64,000 nucleotides of DNA from a virus, in the IMG/VR virus record IMGVR_UViG_3300035698_019240, positions 1 to 64,000 of that record. One strand, 5' to 3'. A program made the translations under genes and the position numbers. Positions within the stretch are counted from its first letter, which is position 1. Each line of letters opens with the position of its first letter. The notes under the pieces are model-generated. The model had not been told where the DNA came from. It did not search any database and worked only from the letters and a program-made list of their open reading frames with translations. Shown one piece after another: positions 30,247 to 40,067 of this stretch.

Positions 30247-30540
30247 TTATACCCTCGTATGACATTTATGTTCCCTACGTGCTTTGAAACTTCCCCTTAA
30301 TTCCTCAACCAAAGACTCACACTCTTTACAAATGTATATTTCTATACCCTCTTCCTTCTTATCATACCATACAAATCGACTCTCTACCAGTTCACATTCC
30401 AATCGTTCCAGTTCACGTTCATAATTTTTGACTCGGTGCATTTGAGTCTTTGACATCTGTTTCCTTTCTAAGATAATAATACCTTTAGAAATAAATACAC
30501 CCAGTAAACAAAACACTATTGCAATTAAAATTATTTCCAT
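30247..30540 (-). CDS. Membrane-anchored small protein with CxxC
   Basis: MEIILIAIVF...RVKNYER...CKEC. Confidence 0.65.
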   Translation of the reverse strand: MEIILIAIVFCLLGVFISKGIIILERKQMSKTQMHRVKNYERELERLECELVESRFVWYDKKEEGIEIYICKECESLVEELRGSFKARREHKCHTRV

Positions 30541-30845
30541 TTTGTATCCTCATCTTCATCCTCTTCTCCATTATATTTTGCACATTCATGAATACTTCGT
30601 TGATACATGCTACCTATTTCCTCCTCAACCACTGTGCCACATACCAAACACATGTATCGGTAATTACCCTTTTCATCTGTCCTAACAAAATGGAACATAT
30701 TCTTTAACCGTTCACGTTCCAGCCGTGCCTTTATAGCTTCATAACTATCGGTTCGGGAATACAGTATCTTTCTCCACCTTTTTCTCTCCTTTTCGCTATA
30801 AACTATAATACATAAACATACAATTACAAACAATATCCATTCCAT
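30531..30845 (-). CDS. Membrane-anchored small protein with CxxC
   Basis: MEWILFVIV...RTDSYE...CLVC. Confidence 0.65.
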   Translation of the reverse strand: MEWILFVIVCLCIIVYSEKERKRWRKILYSRTDSYEAIKARLERERLKNMFHFVRTDEKGNYRYMCLVCGTVVEEEIGSMYQRSIHECAKYNGEEDEDEDTKWK

Positions 30846-31061
30846 TATATTATCTCCTTTATCATTTAAGTCCTAACCGTAATACTATCCACCATACGAT
30901 GAAAAATATTACAAAATATATCCATTCACTCATTGTCTATTCCCTTTATATTAGGTACATCACTCCTATCTTGATGGCTCCTATTAGCCACATGATTATC
31001 TTCACTACGCCTATTAGCCACGGGGCTATCAGGCATATAATACAACCAGGTACATCCAGTT

Positions 31062-31316
31062 TTAATTTTTCTTCTGAAGGTTTTTTCCTTCATCCTCAAC
31101 AGCCTTACTTTTGTATATTGGATGTCTCTGTCCACATGAAAGGCACATATATGTGTCCTTTTCAACGGCCTTACCCTTCTCTATCATACGAATTTTTAAT
31201 ATCATATCATACAATTCCTTATACTCTCTTACATGTTCTCCCTTATGACTTCTATTATGATATATATCCTTCACCCATAGAAATACTAACACGATTACCA
31301 ATACCATATACTCCAT
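31062..31316 (-). CDS. Membrane-anchored small protein with CxxC
   Basis: MEYMVLVIV...YMCLSCG. Confidence 0.6.
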   Translation of the reverse strand: MEYMVLVIVLVFLWVKDIYHNRSHKGEHVREYKELYDMILKIRMIEKGKAVEKDTYMCLSCGQRHPIYKSKAVEDEGKNLQKKN

Positions 31317-31588
31317 TATATCACATCCTTTATATACTTATCCGGCTCGTCAAACGCCCACTCTGGTATGGTTATATTGTTGACCAATGTCCAAGCGTCA
31401 TCCAGTCTAACACCACTCTTGTATAAATCAATGTGCCCTATCCATTTTTCATTCAACACAAACTGGTCTGAATCAATCTTATACTTTTTACAGTAATACT
31501 TAACTATTATTTCGGCCGCCTTATTCATTTCCCATAAGGCATCTTTCCCTTTCCCTTGTGCTACCAGTAAATCTGTCACTAATCCCAT
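31316..31588 (-). CDS. Hypothetical protein
   Basis: RBS; within operon. Confidence 0.6.
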   Translation of the reverse strand: MGLVTDLLVAQGKGKDALWEMNKAAEIIVKYYCKKYKIDSDQFVLNEKWIGHIDLYKSGVRLDDAWTLVNNITIPEWAFDEPDKYIKDVI

Positions 31589-31590
31589 TT

Positions 31591-31914
31591 TTATATCTCC
31601 TTTTTTCTTAAATGTTTATAGTAAGCTTTTATTAATTTATTTATTTTTTTCCATACCGAATCAGGTCTTGGCATATTAACATATTCAAATGTAGGCGGTT
31701 TCTCCAAATACCTTTTCAATTCAAAGTACTTGCATTTACCATCTGAGTTTAGATCAGTACATTTCAATCTAACAATATTTCCAGTAATAGGACAGATGTT
31801 ACTCTTATCATGCTTACACCTGTAACCAGATGCCCCAAATTCAACAGAAGGATTATACAAACTATGTTTACATTCTTGACATATTATCATTTTATCTTTT
31901 GTTCTTTTACCCAT
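31591..31914 (-). CDS. Cys-rich hypothetical protein
   Basis: CQECKH...N.DGKCKYFE. Confidence 0.6.
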   Translation of the reverse strand: MGKRTKDKMIICQECKHSLYNPSVEFGASGYRCKHDKSNICPITGNIVRLKCTDLNSDGKCKYFELKRYLEKPPTFEYVNMPRPDSVWKKINKLIKAYYKHLRKKEI

Positions 31915-32235
31915 AATACATTTCCTTTACTGTTAAAGTTTTTATATACTTCTACCATTTCCATCCGATAGTAATTTTATCGTACTGTTCAACCAAACCA
32001 CCACTGTCCACTGGATGCCAACACATATGAGACATTTCAAAATACATACCCTGTTTGAAGATATCTACAGTTAATCCCAGGTCATATTTCACACTTGCTG
32101 GATGGAATCGTGTACTCTCACCCTCACCAACCGAGTCATCCATTAAGGTACTGATATTAGCCCATGGACGAAACATAAAATTCTTAGTATTAAACTTTCA
32201 CCCTACCTCAATCTCCGCTATATACTCCGCCACAT

Positions 32236-32403
32236 TCATACTTTCAATTCTTTAACTATCATCATACTTTCATATAACGGACACTTCTCTAATTTCTCCA
32301 GTGATATATTCTGATCCTCACCACACTCGTAAACACCTGCATCCGTATCGGCAGGGGTAAGCAACATTTCACATCCGTTTTCTTTACAATATTCTACATC
32401 CAT
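32236..32403 (-). CDS. Small hypothetical protein, first gene after an early promoter
   Basis: Probable start MDVEYC after AGGA. Confidence 0.5.
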   Translation of the reverse strand: MDVEYCKENGCEMLLTPADTDAGVYECGEDQNISLEKLEKCPLYESMMIVKELKV

Positions 32404-32433
32404 TTTATATTCCTTTCTCTCATTTATGTATCC

Positions 32434-32462
32434 ATTATAACACACGATGACCTATTTGTAAA
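32434..32462 (-). promoter_or_regulatory. Early (sigma70-type) promoter
   Basis: TTTACA-N17-TATAAT with TG extension. Confidence 0.75.
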
Positions 32463-32498
32463 TCCACCATTTTACACTGTCCTTTCAGTCACTTACTG

Positions 32499-32906
32499 CT
32501 ACAGGCTCATCTTACTACACTTTAATCCTAAGAACATCCTCTCCACACGTGTAGGTTGTTCAAATCTGAAGCCATTAATATGAAAATAATGGCCGCAATC
32601 CTCACATTTCACATCTATTGTCCCTGGTCCACGACGCATCACAGGAACGAACAATGACCCACAATCCGGACAGCACATGTGATTTGTTATCTTTTCCCTC
32701 AAGACATATTCATCCCTCTCCAGCAAGGAGCATAACTTTTCACACCCTGAATTGTACATAAGACAACTCTTACATGGATATAACAAATCCTCCTTCATTT
32801 TCCGTTCATCCTTACATATATCCACCTTCAACTTTCTTATCATCCTCAACTTCTGAATGATCATCACTATCAATATCATTATTAAACTTATCGTAATTAA
32901 TTCCAT
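32499..32906 (-). CDS. Membrane-anchored Cys-rich protein, paralog of 29498
   Basis: Same Cys pattern as 29498. Confidence 0.7.
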   Translation of the reverse strand: MELITISLIMILIVMIIQKLRMIRKLKVDICKDERKMKEDLLYPCKSCLMYNSGCEKLCSLLERDEYVLREKITNHMCCPDCGSLFVPVMRRGPGTIDVKCEDCGHYFHINGFRFEQPTRVERMFLGLKCSKMSL

Positions 32907-33064
32907 ATCTCTATCTCCTTAAATAGTTCATCCACATCCATTATTGGTACTTCTTTAGGTATAAACATATCAAAAACAAAATCAGGAGTAGTCTTACATT
33001 CCTTACAGGGAGACAATCTCCAATTACGTCCTGAATAATAACATGTTGTACAATTCCTTTCCAT
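32897..33064 (-). CDS. Tail-tagged small Cys protein (55 aa, not in ORF track)
   Basis: Hand-translated MERNCTTC...[16 protein letters not shown]. Confidence 0.75.
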   Translation of the reverse strand: MERNCTTCYYSGRNWRLSPCKECKTTPDFVFDMFIPKEVPIMDVDELFKEIEIWN

Positions 33065-33202
33065 AATCCCTTACTTTCGTCTCCGTATACCTTTCTTATT
33101 TCTCTTATTCATATAACAATCCACAACTATCACTATCAAAGCTATACCCCACATCACCAGGACAGCAACTCTTAGTTTTAGTATTATCGTAATTAATTCC
33201 AT

Positions 33203-33820
33203 TTAATTCACCAACCTTATGATAGGACCACACACATCCTTTGCTAAGTTACCATAACTGATATCCTTACCGGCGGCATGTTTCCTTTTATGACATGGTA
33301 CACACAAGCACTGTCCGTTCGGTGGGTCAAGAGCTAAATACTTCTTTCTCTTTACAGGCTCTATATGGTGTACTTCCTCCGCCTGTCGTCCACACTCCTC
33401 ACAGGTGGGATAATTCTTTTTATACTTCGCCATATTCCGTCGTCCAACTTCTTTCCTCCACGCCGCCCTTTCCGAACTTATGGTAACTACACCTATCCAC
33501 TCTTCCGTCTCAACACCCAGTCTACTCCTCTCGCCCGCTTTCTCCAGGTAATCAAGACCTTTACCAAATACAGGACAGGAATGTTTACATCCATCACTGC
33601 AATAGAAATTATTACTCCCCGGCAGCCTCCCCTTTAAGACACCACTTCTATGTAGTACCTGATTCATCGTAGGTCGGAACACCTTCTCACACCCACTATA
33701 GTAACATCTAACATTCAGGACATCACTATCCTCAGGGTCCCGGAAACATTCATTAGCAGGATACAACTGTGGCTGATACAATTTATAACTCGGTAACTTA
33801 TCACCATACTTCCATCCCAT
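33203..33820 (-). CDS. HNH endonuclease
   Basis: CEECG...VHHIEPV...NGQCLCVPCH; probable start MGWKY. Confidence 0.8.
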   Translation of the reverse strand: MGWKYGDKLPSYKLYQPQLYPANECFRDPEDSDVLNVRCYYSGCEKVFRPTMNQVLHRSGVLKGRLPGSNNFYCSDGCKHSCPVFGKGLDYLEKAGERSRLGVETEEWIGVVTISSERAAWRKEVGRRNMAKYKKNYPTCEECGRQAEEVHHIEPVKRKKYLALDPPNGQCLCVPCHKRKHAAGKDISYGNLAKDVCGPIIRLVN

Positions 33821-33998
33821 ATCGTTATCTCCTCCACGGTAGGAAATCACAAATACAAACCAACACTACATCCATAATAGTCACTAAGACCAACGCTATA
33901 TTCATCACCATTTCCACTAACACATCAACCACTCTCACCAAGACCGTTATACAGTCCATCAATATATAAGCTATCACTTCAAGTACCGCCATCATACC

Positions 33999-34907
33999 CT
34001 ACACCTTTCTTTTACATATTTTATTTGCTAACATTCCCGTACTACAGTCCTTATCTCCGGCAGGATGTCCTATTTTGTAGTGACACCTTTTACATAAGCA
34101 CATACCGTTATTTGGATCCATTGCCTGTTCAGGATGTGTCTTAACCGGATGTATATGGTGCACAACTTCTGCCGGCTCCTCACATTTCTCACAGGTAGGA
34201 TGGAAATTATCGTATATCACTATGTTCCGTTCAATAACCTCAGTTCTCCATATGACCCTCTCCGAAGCCGTGTATATAGTACCTTCCCATTCGTTATCTT
34301 CATCATGACCATTGTGTATCTTTATCAACGCTTCTTCCGCTCCCTTCACCGATTTACCATATATAGGACACATATCCTTACAACCATCACTACAATAAAG
34401 ATCACCACTTTTCCCACATGTTTTCATCGCATTAATCCTACGCCACACTTGACCTCTTGTAGGTCTGAACACCTTCCCACAACCACTATAGTAACATTTC
34501 ACATTCAAAATATTACCATCCTCCGGGTCACGGGAACACTCATATCCAAGCAACTGTTCCGCATATAAATCATATCTCGGTATATCTCTTGTACCATACC
34601 CACCCTTCCAAGTAGGATTATTCACTCCACTAACTTTCCCCTTCGTCTCCTCAGTATGTTTTTTTCCATACATAGGATGATTTTTTCCTCCACTCACAAC
34701 ACATTTATTATCACAATAATGAAATTTAGATTTACTACCTTTACTATAAAACATTTTTCCACCACAATTCCGACATATTCCTTCAAGATATAAATTAAAA
34801 TCTATTTTACCACCCTTACCAACACCCTTTTTCCTCCATACTCCTTTCAATTTCAGGTGAGGTATCAAGATTTCTATACCAGTTTTATATTTCATTATTT
34901 TATCCAC
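33999..34907 (-). CDS. HNH homing endonuclease with NUMOD3 motif
   Basis: YGKKHTEETK; CEKC...VHHIHPV...NGMCLCKRCH. Confidence 0.85.
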   Translation of the reverse strand: MDKIMKYKTGIEILIPHLKLKGVWRKKGVGKGGKIDFNLYLEGICRNCGGKMFYSKGSKSKFHYCDNKCVVSGGKNHPMYGKKHTEETKGKVSGVNNPTWKGGYGTRDIPRYDLYAEQLLGYECSRDPEDGNILNVKCYYSGCGKVFRPTRGQVWRRINAMKTCGKSGDLYCSDGCKDMCPIYGKSVKGAEEALIKIHNGHDEDNEWEGTIYTASERVIWRTEVIERNIVIYDNFHPTCEKCEEPAEVVHHIHPVKTHPEQAMDPNNGMCLCKRCHYKIGHPAGDKDCSTGMLANKICKRKV

Positions 34908-34930
34908 TTTCCTTTCACTTTTACACTATA

Positions 34931-34959
34931 AGGATAACACATTTTTTACCCATTGTAAA
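34931..34959 (-). promoter_or_regulatory. Early promoter, leftward
   Basis: TTTACA-N17-TATCCT with TG extension. Confidence 0.65.
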
Positions 34960-36029
34960 TCTATTACATCTAAAATTTTGTGCGGACGGAAGTTGAATGT
35001 CCTAAGGTTTAACAGGTGTATTTGTAGTGTAGTCAAACGCACCTTCATATCCGTCATCGCAAAAATTAGAAAATTTAGTGGCCTAAAGGTTTGGAGCAAA
35101 GGAGCACGCTCTCCGGTATAATCACAACCGCCTCAGACGCACGGGATTTCTTTTTCCTGTTCCAATCTTGCTCCAATCTCCCGTTAGTCACTATCACATC
35201 ACGGCTACTGGGTTACTGTTCTCCTTTCTCACATCCCATACCACGGGATACACATTACTCATGCACTTATTGATCAGGAGCACAGAGGCCTCGATCCTCT
35301 ACACACCCAATACCATATTCCCGCAGGATAACATTTTTCCTGTGGGAAATGAGGAAATGTGTGGGATATTGAGATAATAAGACCCACGGCGCACAGGACT
35401 CGTTGGATATCGTTGGGATGGTGCGCGGTCTTCCACATGTGAAAGGAGGTCAATGGGTGTCAGAGTGTATGATCACTCGGACTCGCGTCAGCATATACAG
35501 AATCACGATGAAATCTGCTCCAGAATCCGGGAGGGGCCCGGAATTCAATCCTCACTACATCTTGCGCAAACCTCTCAAAAACCACTAAACCGCCCTTTAC
35601 TCACCCATATAATATAAGCAAAAACACACATTTTCCTGCTCCCGGAATCCTGGAGGGGAGGATTTGCGGTAAAGCCATGGTGTCAAAAGTTCCGACGATC
35701 TTTACCTGTCTCACTATCCGTCATTTTGCGCAGTTTATACTTTTCAATCCGGATTCCGGGAAAATCCACGATTCCCATCGGAGAATGCGTTTTTAGTGTC
35801 CAGACCCCTGGATATCTATAGTACATAACTTCTTTAATACTTGGAAAGTATATAAATATTGCTTTTCCTTTATATTTGCTTATTTTTCACTGGATTCACG
35901 AAATCCTTAGATTAACACAAATGTCCTGATACTCTTTTCCTACTTTTCAATGGTATTTGCGTAAATTGTCAAAATAGTCCCGGGCCAGCTCAATTTCAAA
36001 ACGCCGGAAATGAAGGTTACAATATTATG
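34960..36029. other. Apparently non-coding, GC-richer region at the divergence point
   Basis: No credible ORF; coding strand switches here; flanked by divergent promoters. Confidence 0.6.
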
Positions 36030-36058
36030 TTTACATTTTATCAAAAATAATGTATAAT
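36030..36058 (+). promoter_or_regulatory. Early promoter, rightward
   Basis: (G)TTTACA-N17-TATAAT. Confidence 0.75.
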
Positions 36059-36082
36059 AGGTATATGAAATAAAGGAATAAA

Positions 36083-36820
36083 GTGCAAATGAAATATAGT
36101 GGGAAAAAATCTAAACCATTTACTTTCTTACATAGTGGTGTCAAGCTTTTAAAAAACACACCTGCAAAAATAAGAGAAAGTAAAAATAAAAGTACTAAGA
36201 ATAGGTGCTATGGAGAAAATCATCCTGGATGGAAAGGTGGTTATAGTATAAAAGGTATACCAACATATGATACTTACGCTCCTAAACTCTTTGCGGATGA
36301 GTGTTCCCGTGACCCGGAGGATGGTAATATCTTGAATGTGAAATGTTACTATAGTGGTTGTAAAGAATGTTTTAGGCCAAGTATAGGACAAGTCAGTGCA
36401 CGACTAACTGTTATAAAAATAGGAAATGATGGTAGAAATTTCTACTGCTCGGAAGAGTGTAAAAAATCTTGTTCTGTGTATCACATGAGAGTTGAATGGA
36501 TTATGAACCAGAATGATGGTAGAAATTTTTCAGATAATGAGGATAGATGGTATAGAGACACCCAACCAGAATTACGGGCCATGTGCTTGGAAAGAGATGG
36601 TTATATTTGTCAAACATGTGGAAAGCATGAGAGTGATCTTGATGTTTCATTACACTGTCATCATAGAGAAGGTGTATTTTGGGAACCATTGATGTCTGCT
36701 GATTTAGATATGGTTTTGACCGAGTGTGAAACATGTCATTATGATATACATAGAAAAGAAGGATGTAGGTCAGTGGATATGCAATGTCCATTTCTTGGAG
36801 CAGAAGGAGCGGATATATAG
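36083..36820 (+). CDS. HNH endonuclease
   Basis: ERDGYICQTCG...HCHH...CETCH. Confidence 0.85.
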   Translation: MQMKYSGKKSKPFTFLHSGVKLLKNTPAKIRESKNKSTKNRCYGENHPGWKGGYSIKGIPTYDTYAPKLFADECSRDPEDGNILNVKCYYSGCKECFRPSIGQVSARLTVIKIGNDGRNFYCSEECKKSCSVYHMRVEWIMNQNDGRNFSDNEDRWYRDTQPELRAMCLERDGYICQTCGKHESDLDVSLHCHHREGVFWEPLMSADLDMVLTECETCHYDIHRKEGCRSVDMQCPFLGAEGADI

Positions 36821-36894
36821 GTGTGAATAATGGGGGTCCGTTAGGAATCGAAACAACGATGTCCGAGGAATCGGAAAAGGAAAGGGCGTGAGTT

Positions 36895-37107
36895 ATGAAA
36901 AAAATAACAGTATGGAATCGGTTAGGAGAAAATGGTTGGAATCACAATCATATTGAGGACGGATGGGTTGAAGGATCTAAACCAAAGGCGAAAAAAGCTG
37001 AATTCAAAAGGCAGATTAGTGGTTGGAAAAATAATTTGTGGAGAAAGTCATATGAGTATTTGACTGTTGATAATAAAGTAATATGGTGGAATGGTGAAAA
37101 TAAATGA
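36895..37107 (+). CDS. Hypothetical Trp-rich protein
   Basis: 70-aa ORF overlapping the next gene by ATGA. Confidence 0.55.
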   Translation: MKKITVWNRLGENGWNHNHIEDGWVEGSKPKAKKAEFKRQISGWKNNLWRKSYEYLTVDNKVIWWNGENK

Positions 37108-37373
37108 AGAGAAAGATCATGAAAAAAGGAAGCATTATAGTATTAAAAACTTTGGAAGAATTAAAGAAGGGAAAAACATGTGTTGCTGATAGAGGTGGTA
37201 TTTCAATAGATGGAAAATATATACGTCCGGATATGTACAACATGTTTGGGAAAAAGCATGTGATAGAAGACATATATTATGTATGGAATGGTAGTATTAT
37301 TGAAATAAAACATGAACGAAGTAATTGGTATATAAGAGAAGAATGGATTGAAAAGGTATTGAAAGGAAAATAG
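37104..37373 (+). CDS. Family B small protein lacking the C-terminal tag
   Basis: LKTLEEL...MYNMFGK...EEWIE. Confidence 0.65.
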   Translation: MKRKIMKKGSIIVLKTLEELKKGKTCVADRGGISIDGKYIRPDMYNMFGKKHVIEDIYYVWNGSIIEIKHERSNWYIREEWIEKVLKGK

Positions 37374-37551
37374 TATGGAAAAGTATTCAAGAAAGTGGAA
37401 GTATGTTAGTAATGACAATGGTATAATTACCAAGAGATTGAAGGTTCCTAACGGTTGGATAGTTAAGTCCTGGATGGATGGTAGTCCTGATTCGTTGAAT
37501 ATGTTATTTGTTCCAGAAGATCAGGCACATTACTGGGAGTTAGAAAAATAA

Positions 37552-37803
37552 ATGAGTGCCATTCAAATAGGAGATAGAGTAATATTAACAACTGATAGGT
37601 ACGATAGTAGTGCTATGAATCCTCGTTATGATAAAACAGGAATTAAAGGAAATGTAACGAGGATAGTATATATGGACAGAAAAACAAGGATATATGTTAA
37701 ATGGGATACTGGAAGGAATAATGGATATGATGTGTCGGACTTAGAAGTTGCTGATAACATCATCATTGATGTGGATGACCTGTTCTCGGAGATTGATATA
37801 TGA
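37552..37803 (+). CDS. Tail-tagged small protein, family A
   Basis: Ends IIDVDDLFSEIDI. Confidence 0.8.
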   Translation: MSAIQIGDRVILTTDRYDSSAMNPRYDKTGIKGNVTRIVYMDRKTRIYVKWDTGRNNGYDVSDLEVADNIIIDVDDLFSEIDI

Positions 37804-38027
37804 TAGTTGGAGATACAGTAAGGTTAACGACCGACAGGTATGGTAATTGTGATGTAAATCCTTGTTATGATAAAACAGGAGTTGAAGGAGAAGTAACTGA
37901 TATAGAAGAAGGTACTATATATGTTAAATGGGATAATGGAAGGAATAATGTATATGTTAAGTCGGACTTAGGAGTTATTCTTCCTATTATAGATGTGGAC
38001 GACCTGTTCTCGGAGATTGAGATATGA
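37800..38027 (+). CDS. Tail-tagged small protein, family A
   Basis: Ends IIDVDDLFSEIEI. Confidence 0.8.
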   Translation: MIVGDTVRLTTDRYGNCDVNPCYDKTGVEGEVTDIEEGTIYVKWDNGRNNVYVKSDLGVILPIIDVDDLFSEIEI

Positions 38028-38266
38028 AGTTTAAAGTTGGAGATAGAGTAAAACTAATAACAAAAAGACATGGTGTAGGTTATTCTAATCCTTATTGGCC
38101 AAAATATGGAATAGAAGGTGTTATAACGGAAACATGGCAGGACATAACTTTTTATGTCAAATGGGATAATACGGGGAAAAATAGTTATAGTTCTAATGAT
38201 TTGGAATTAGTAGATGTTAAACCTCTTATAGATGTGGATGAACTGTTTGAAGGGATAGAGATATGA
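38024..38266 (+). CDS. Tail-tagged small protein, family A
   Basis: Ends LIDVDELFEGIEI. Confidence 0.8.
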   Translation: MKFKVGDRVKLITKRHGVGYSNPYWPKYGIEGVITETWQDITFYVKWDNTGKNSYSSNDLELVDVKPLIDVDELFEGIEI

Positions 38267-38508
38267 AAGTCGGAGATAGAGTAAGGTTAACAAAGGATCG
38301 TTTTACATTGTGTGAGGAAAATCCAAAATGGCCTGAGTATGATGTTCTTGGTGTTATTGCTTATATCGGAAATTCAAATATGGAAATGAATATAAGGGTA
38401 GATTGGGATAATGGACATAATAATATTTATGATAACTTTGATTTAAGAATTATAGAAGATAAACCTATTATAGATGTAGATGAACTATTTAAGGAGATAG
38501 AGATATGA
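38263..38508 (+). CDS. Tail-tagged small protein, family A
   Basis: Ends [13 protein letters not shown]. Confidence 0.8.
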   Translation: MKVGDRVRLTKDRFTLCEENPKWPEYDVLGVIAYIGNSNMEMNIRVDWDNGHNNIYDNFDLRIIEDKPIIDVDELFKEIEI

Positions 38509-39617
38509 TAGTTGGAATTTTAAAAGAGATTATGGATAGTGAAAATCGTGTTTCAATGACTCCGGCAGGAGTCGAGGTAATTAAAAAGAATGGTCATACT
38601 GTTCTAATAGAAAAGGATGCCGGTAAAAAAAGTGGTTTTGAAAACAGTGAATATGTTAAGGCAGGAGGCAACATTGTATTAAAACCTGATGATATCTATA
38701 AATGCGCTGATATGGTAATGCATGTTAAAGAACCTCTACCTGTTGAATATGGATATTTCAGAAAAGATCAGATTATCTTTACATTTTTACACTTGGCTGC
38801 AAAAAAAGAACTCACTAATACCCTTATAAGAAAACGTTCTGTTGCTATTGCATATGAAACCATTCAAAAAAAGGATGGCTCTTTACCATTGCTTATACCC
38901 ATGAGTGAGGTGGCTGGAAGGATGTCTATTCAGGCGGGAGCGAAGTGTCTTGAAATGACCTATGGTGGTCAGGGCATACTACTCGGTGGAGTTCCCGGTG
39001 TACAGCCCGGCATGGTTGTAATTTTAGGCGGTGGTGTAGCCGGTGTAAATGCGGCGAAGATAGCATCAGGTTTTGGTGCAAGGGTTTACCTATTGGATAT
39101 TAATCAGGAACGCCTACGATATTTGAGTGATGTTATGCCGAAAAATTGTTTTCCTATAATGTCAAGTCCTTCAAAAATTCGTGAGTTATTAAAGGAAGCC
39201 GATCTTGTTGTAGGTGCTGTTCTAATACCAGGAGCCAAGGCCCCTAAACTTGTAACAAGAGAAATATTAAAGACCATGAAAAAAGGTTCCGTTATAGTTG
39301 ATATTGCTATAGACCAGGGAGGGTGTTTTGAAACATCCAAACCCACTACACATTCAAACCCGACTTACATTGTAGACGGTGTTATTCATTATTGTGTTGC
39401 AAATATGCCCGGAGCTGTGGCAAAAACTTCAACCCTTGCCCTTACTAATGTTACATTACCTTATGCTGTTGATATAGCAAATAAGGGATGGGAAAAAGCG
39501 GCCAGGGAAAATCCTGAAATCATGATGGGATTGAATGTGGTAAAAGGAAAGGTAACATGTAAAGGTGTGGCAGATGCTTTTAAACTTGAATATGCTCCTA
39601 TTGAAAGTTGGGGATAG
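38505..39617 (+). CDS. ald: Alanine dehydrogenase
   Basis: 370 aa; KEI...[33 protein letters not shown] and VANMPGAV motifs. Confidence 0.95.
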   Translation: MIVGILKEIMDSENRVSMTPAGVEVIKKNGHTVLIEKDAGKKSGFENSEYVKAGGNIVLKPDDIYKCADMVMHVKEPLPVEYGYFRKDQIIFTFLHLAAKKELTNTLIRKRSVAIAYETIQKKDGSLPLLIPMSEVAGRMSIQAGAKCLEMTYGGQGILLGGVPGVQPGMVVILGGGVAGVNAAKIASGFGARVYLLDINQERLRYLSDVMPKNCFPIMSSPSKIRELLKEADLVVGAVLIPGAKAPKLVTREILKTMKKGSVIVDIAIDQGGCFETSKPTTHSNPTYIVDGVIHYCVANMPGAVAKTSTLALTNVTLPYAVDIANKGWEKAARENPEIMMGLNVVKGKVTCKGVADAFKLEYAPIESWG

Positions 39618-39795
39618 AGTATATAACCAGAATCATGAGGGAATCGTTGTACGGATTGATTATAATTTACGTCATCCAATATATGTTGAATGGGATGGTT
39701 CTTGTTTTCATTATTGCTACTATGCTAACGAATTGGGATTGTTGATTGAAAACATCATAGATGTTGATGAGTTGTTTGAGGATATAGAGATATGA
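39601..39795 (+). CDS. Tail-tagged small protein, family A (probable TTG start overlapping the ald end)
   Basis: TTG AAA GTT GGG GAT AGA GTA = MKVGDRV; ends IIDVDELFEDIEI. Confidence 0.75.
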   Translation: MKVGDRVYNQNHEGIVVRIDYNLRHPIYVEWDGSCFHYCYYANELGLLIENIIDVDELFEDIEI

Positions 39796-40064
39796 ATGCA
39801 ATAACTGTTGAAATATTGATGAGTATATTTGGGGTTCTTACTTCTTTTCAAATAATACCTCAATGTGTTAGGATACATCGTAGAAGAAAAAGTGACGATC
39901 TTAGCCTTTGGACTATGTATATTAGTATAATACAACAGGTTTTATGGTTAGGATATGCTATTTGGAAACCTGTTATATGTCTAGTTGTAACAGAAGGTGT
40001 TTGGTTAACACTTTTAATAGTCTTGTTATGTTTTATATTTAAATATAGAGGAAAAAGAGATTGA
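39792..40064 (+). CDS. PQ-loop / SemiSWEET-like 3-TM protein
   Basis: IIPQ...RRKSDDLS...WLGYA. Confidence 0.75.
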   Translation: MNAITVEILMSIFGVLTSFQIIPQCVRIHRRRKSDDLSLWTMYISIIQQVLWLGYAIWKPVICLVVTEGVWLTLLIVLLCFIFKYRGKRD

Positions 40065-40067
40065 TAT

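Noticed and set aside
29379-31426. Plus-strand ORFs 29379-29969 and 30899-31426
   Set aside because: They are antisense to a coherent minus-strand operon with RBSs and paralog support.
35091-35588. Short ORFs or tRNA/tmRNA in the GC-richer gap
   Set aside because: No convincing RBS or phage-like composition, and no tRNA cloverleaf recognised by eye; a covariance search is still needed.
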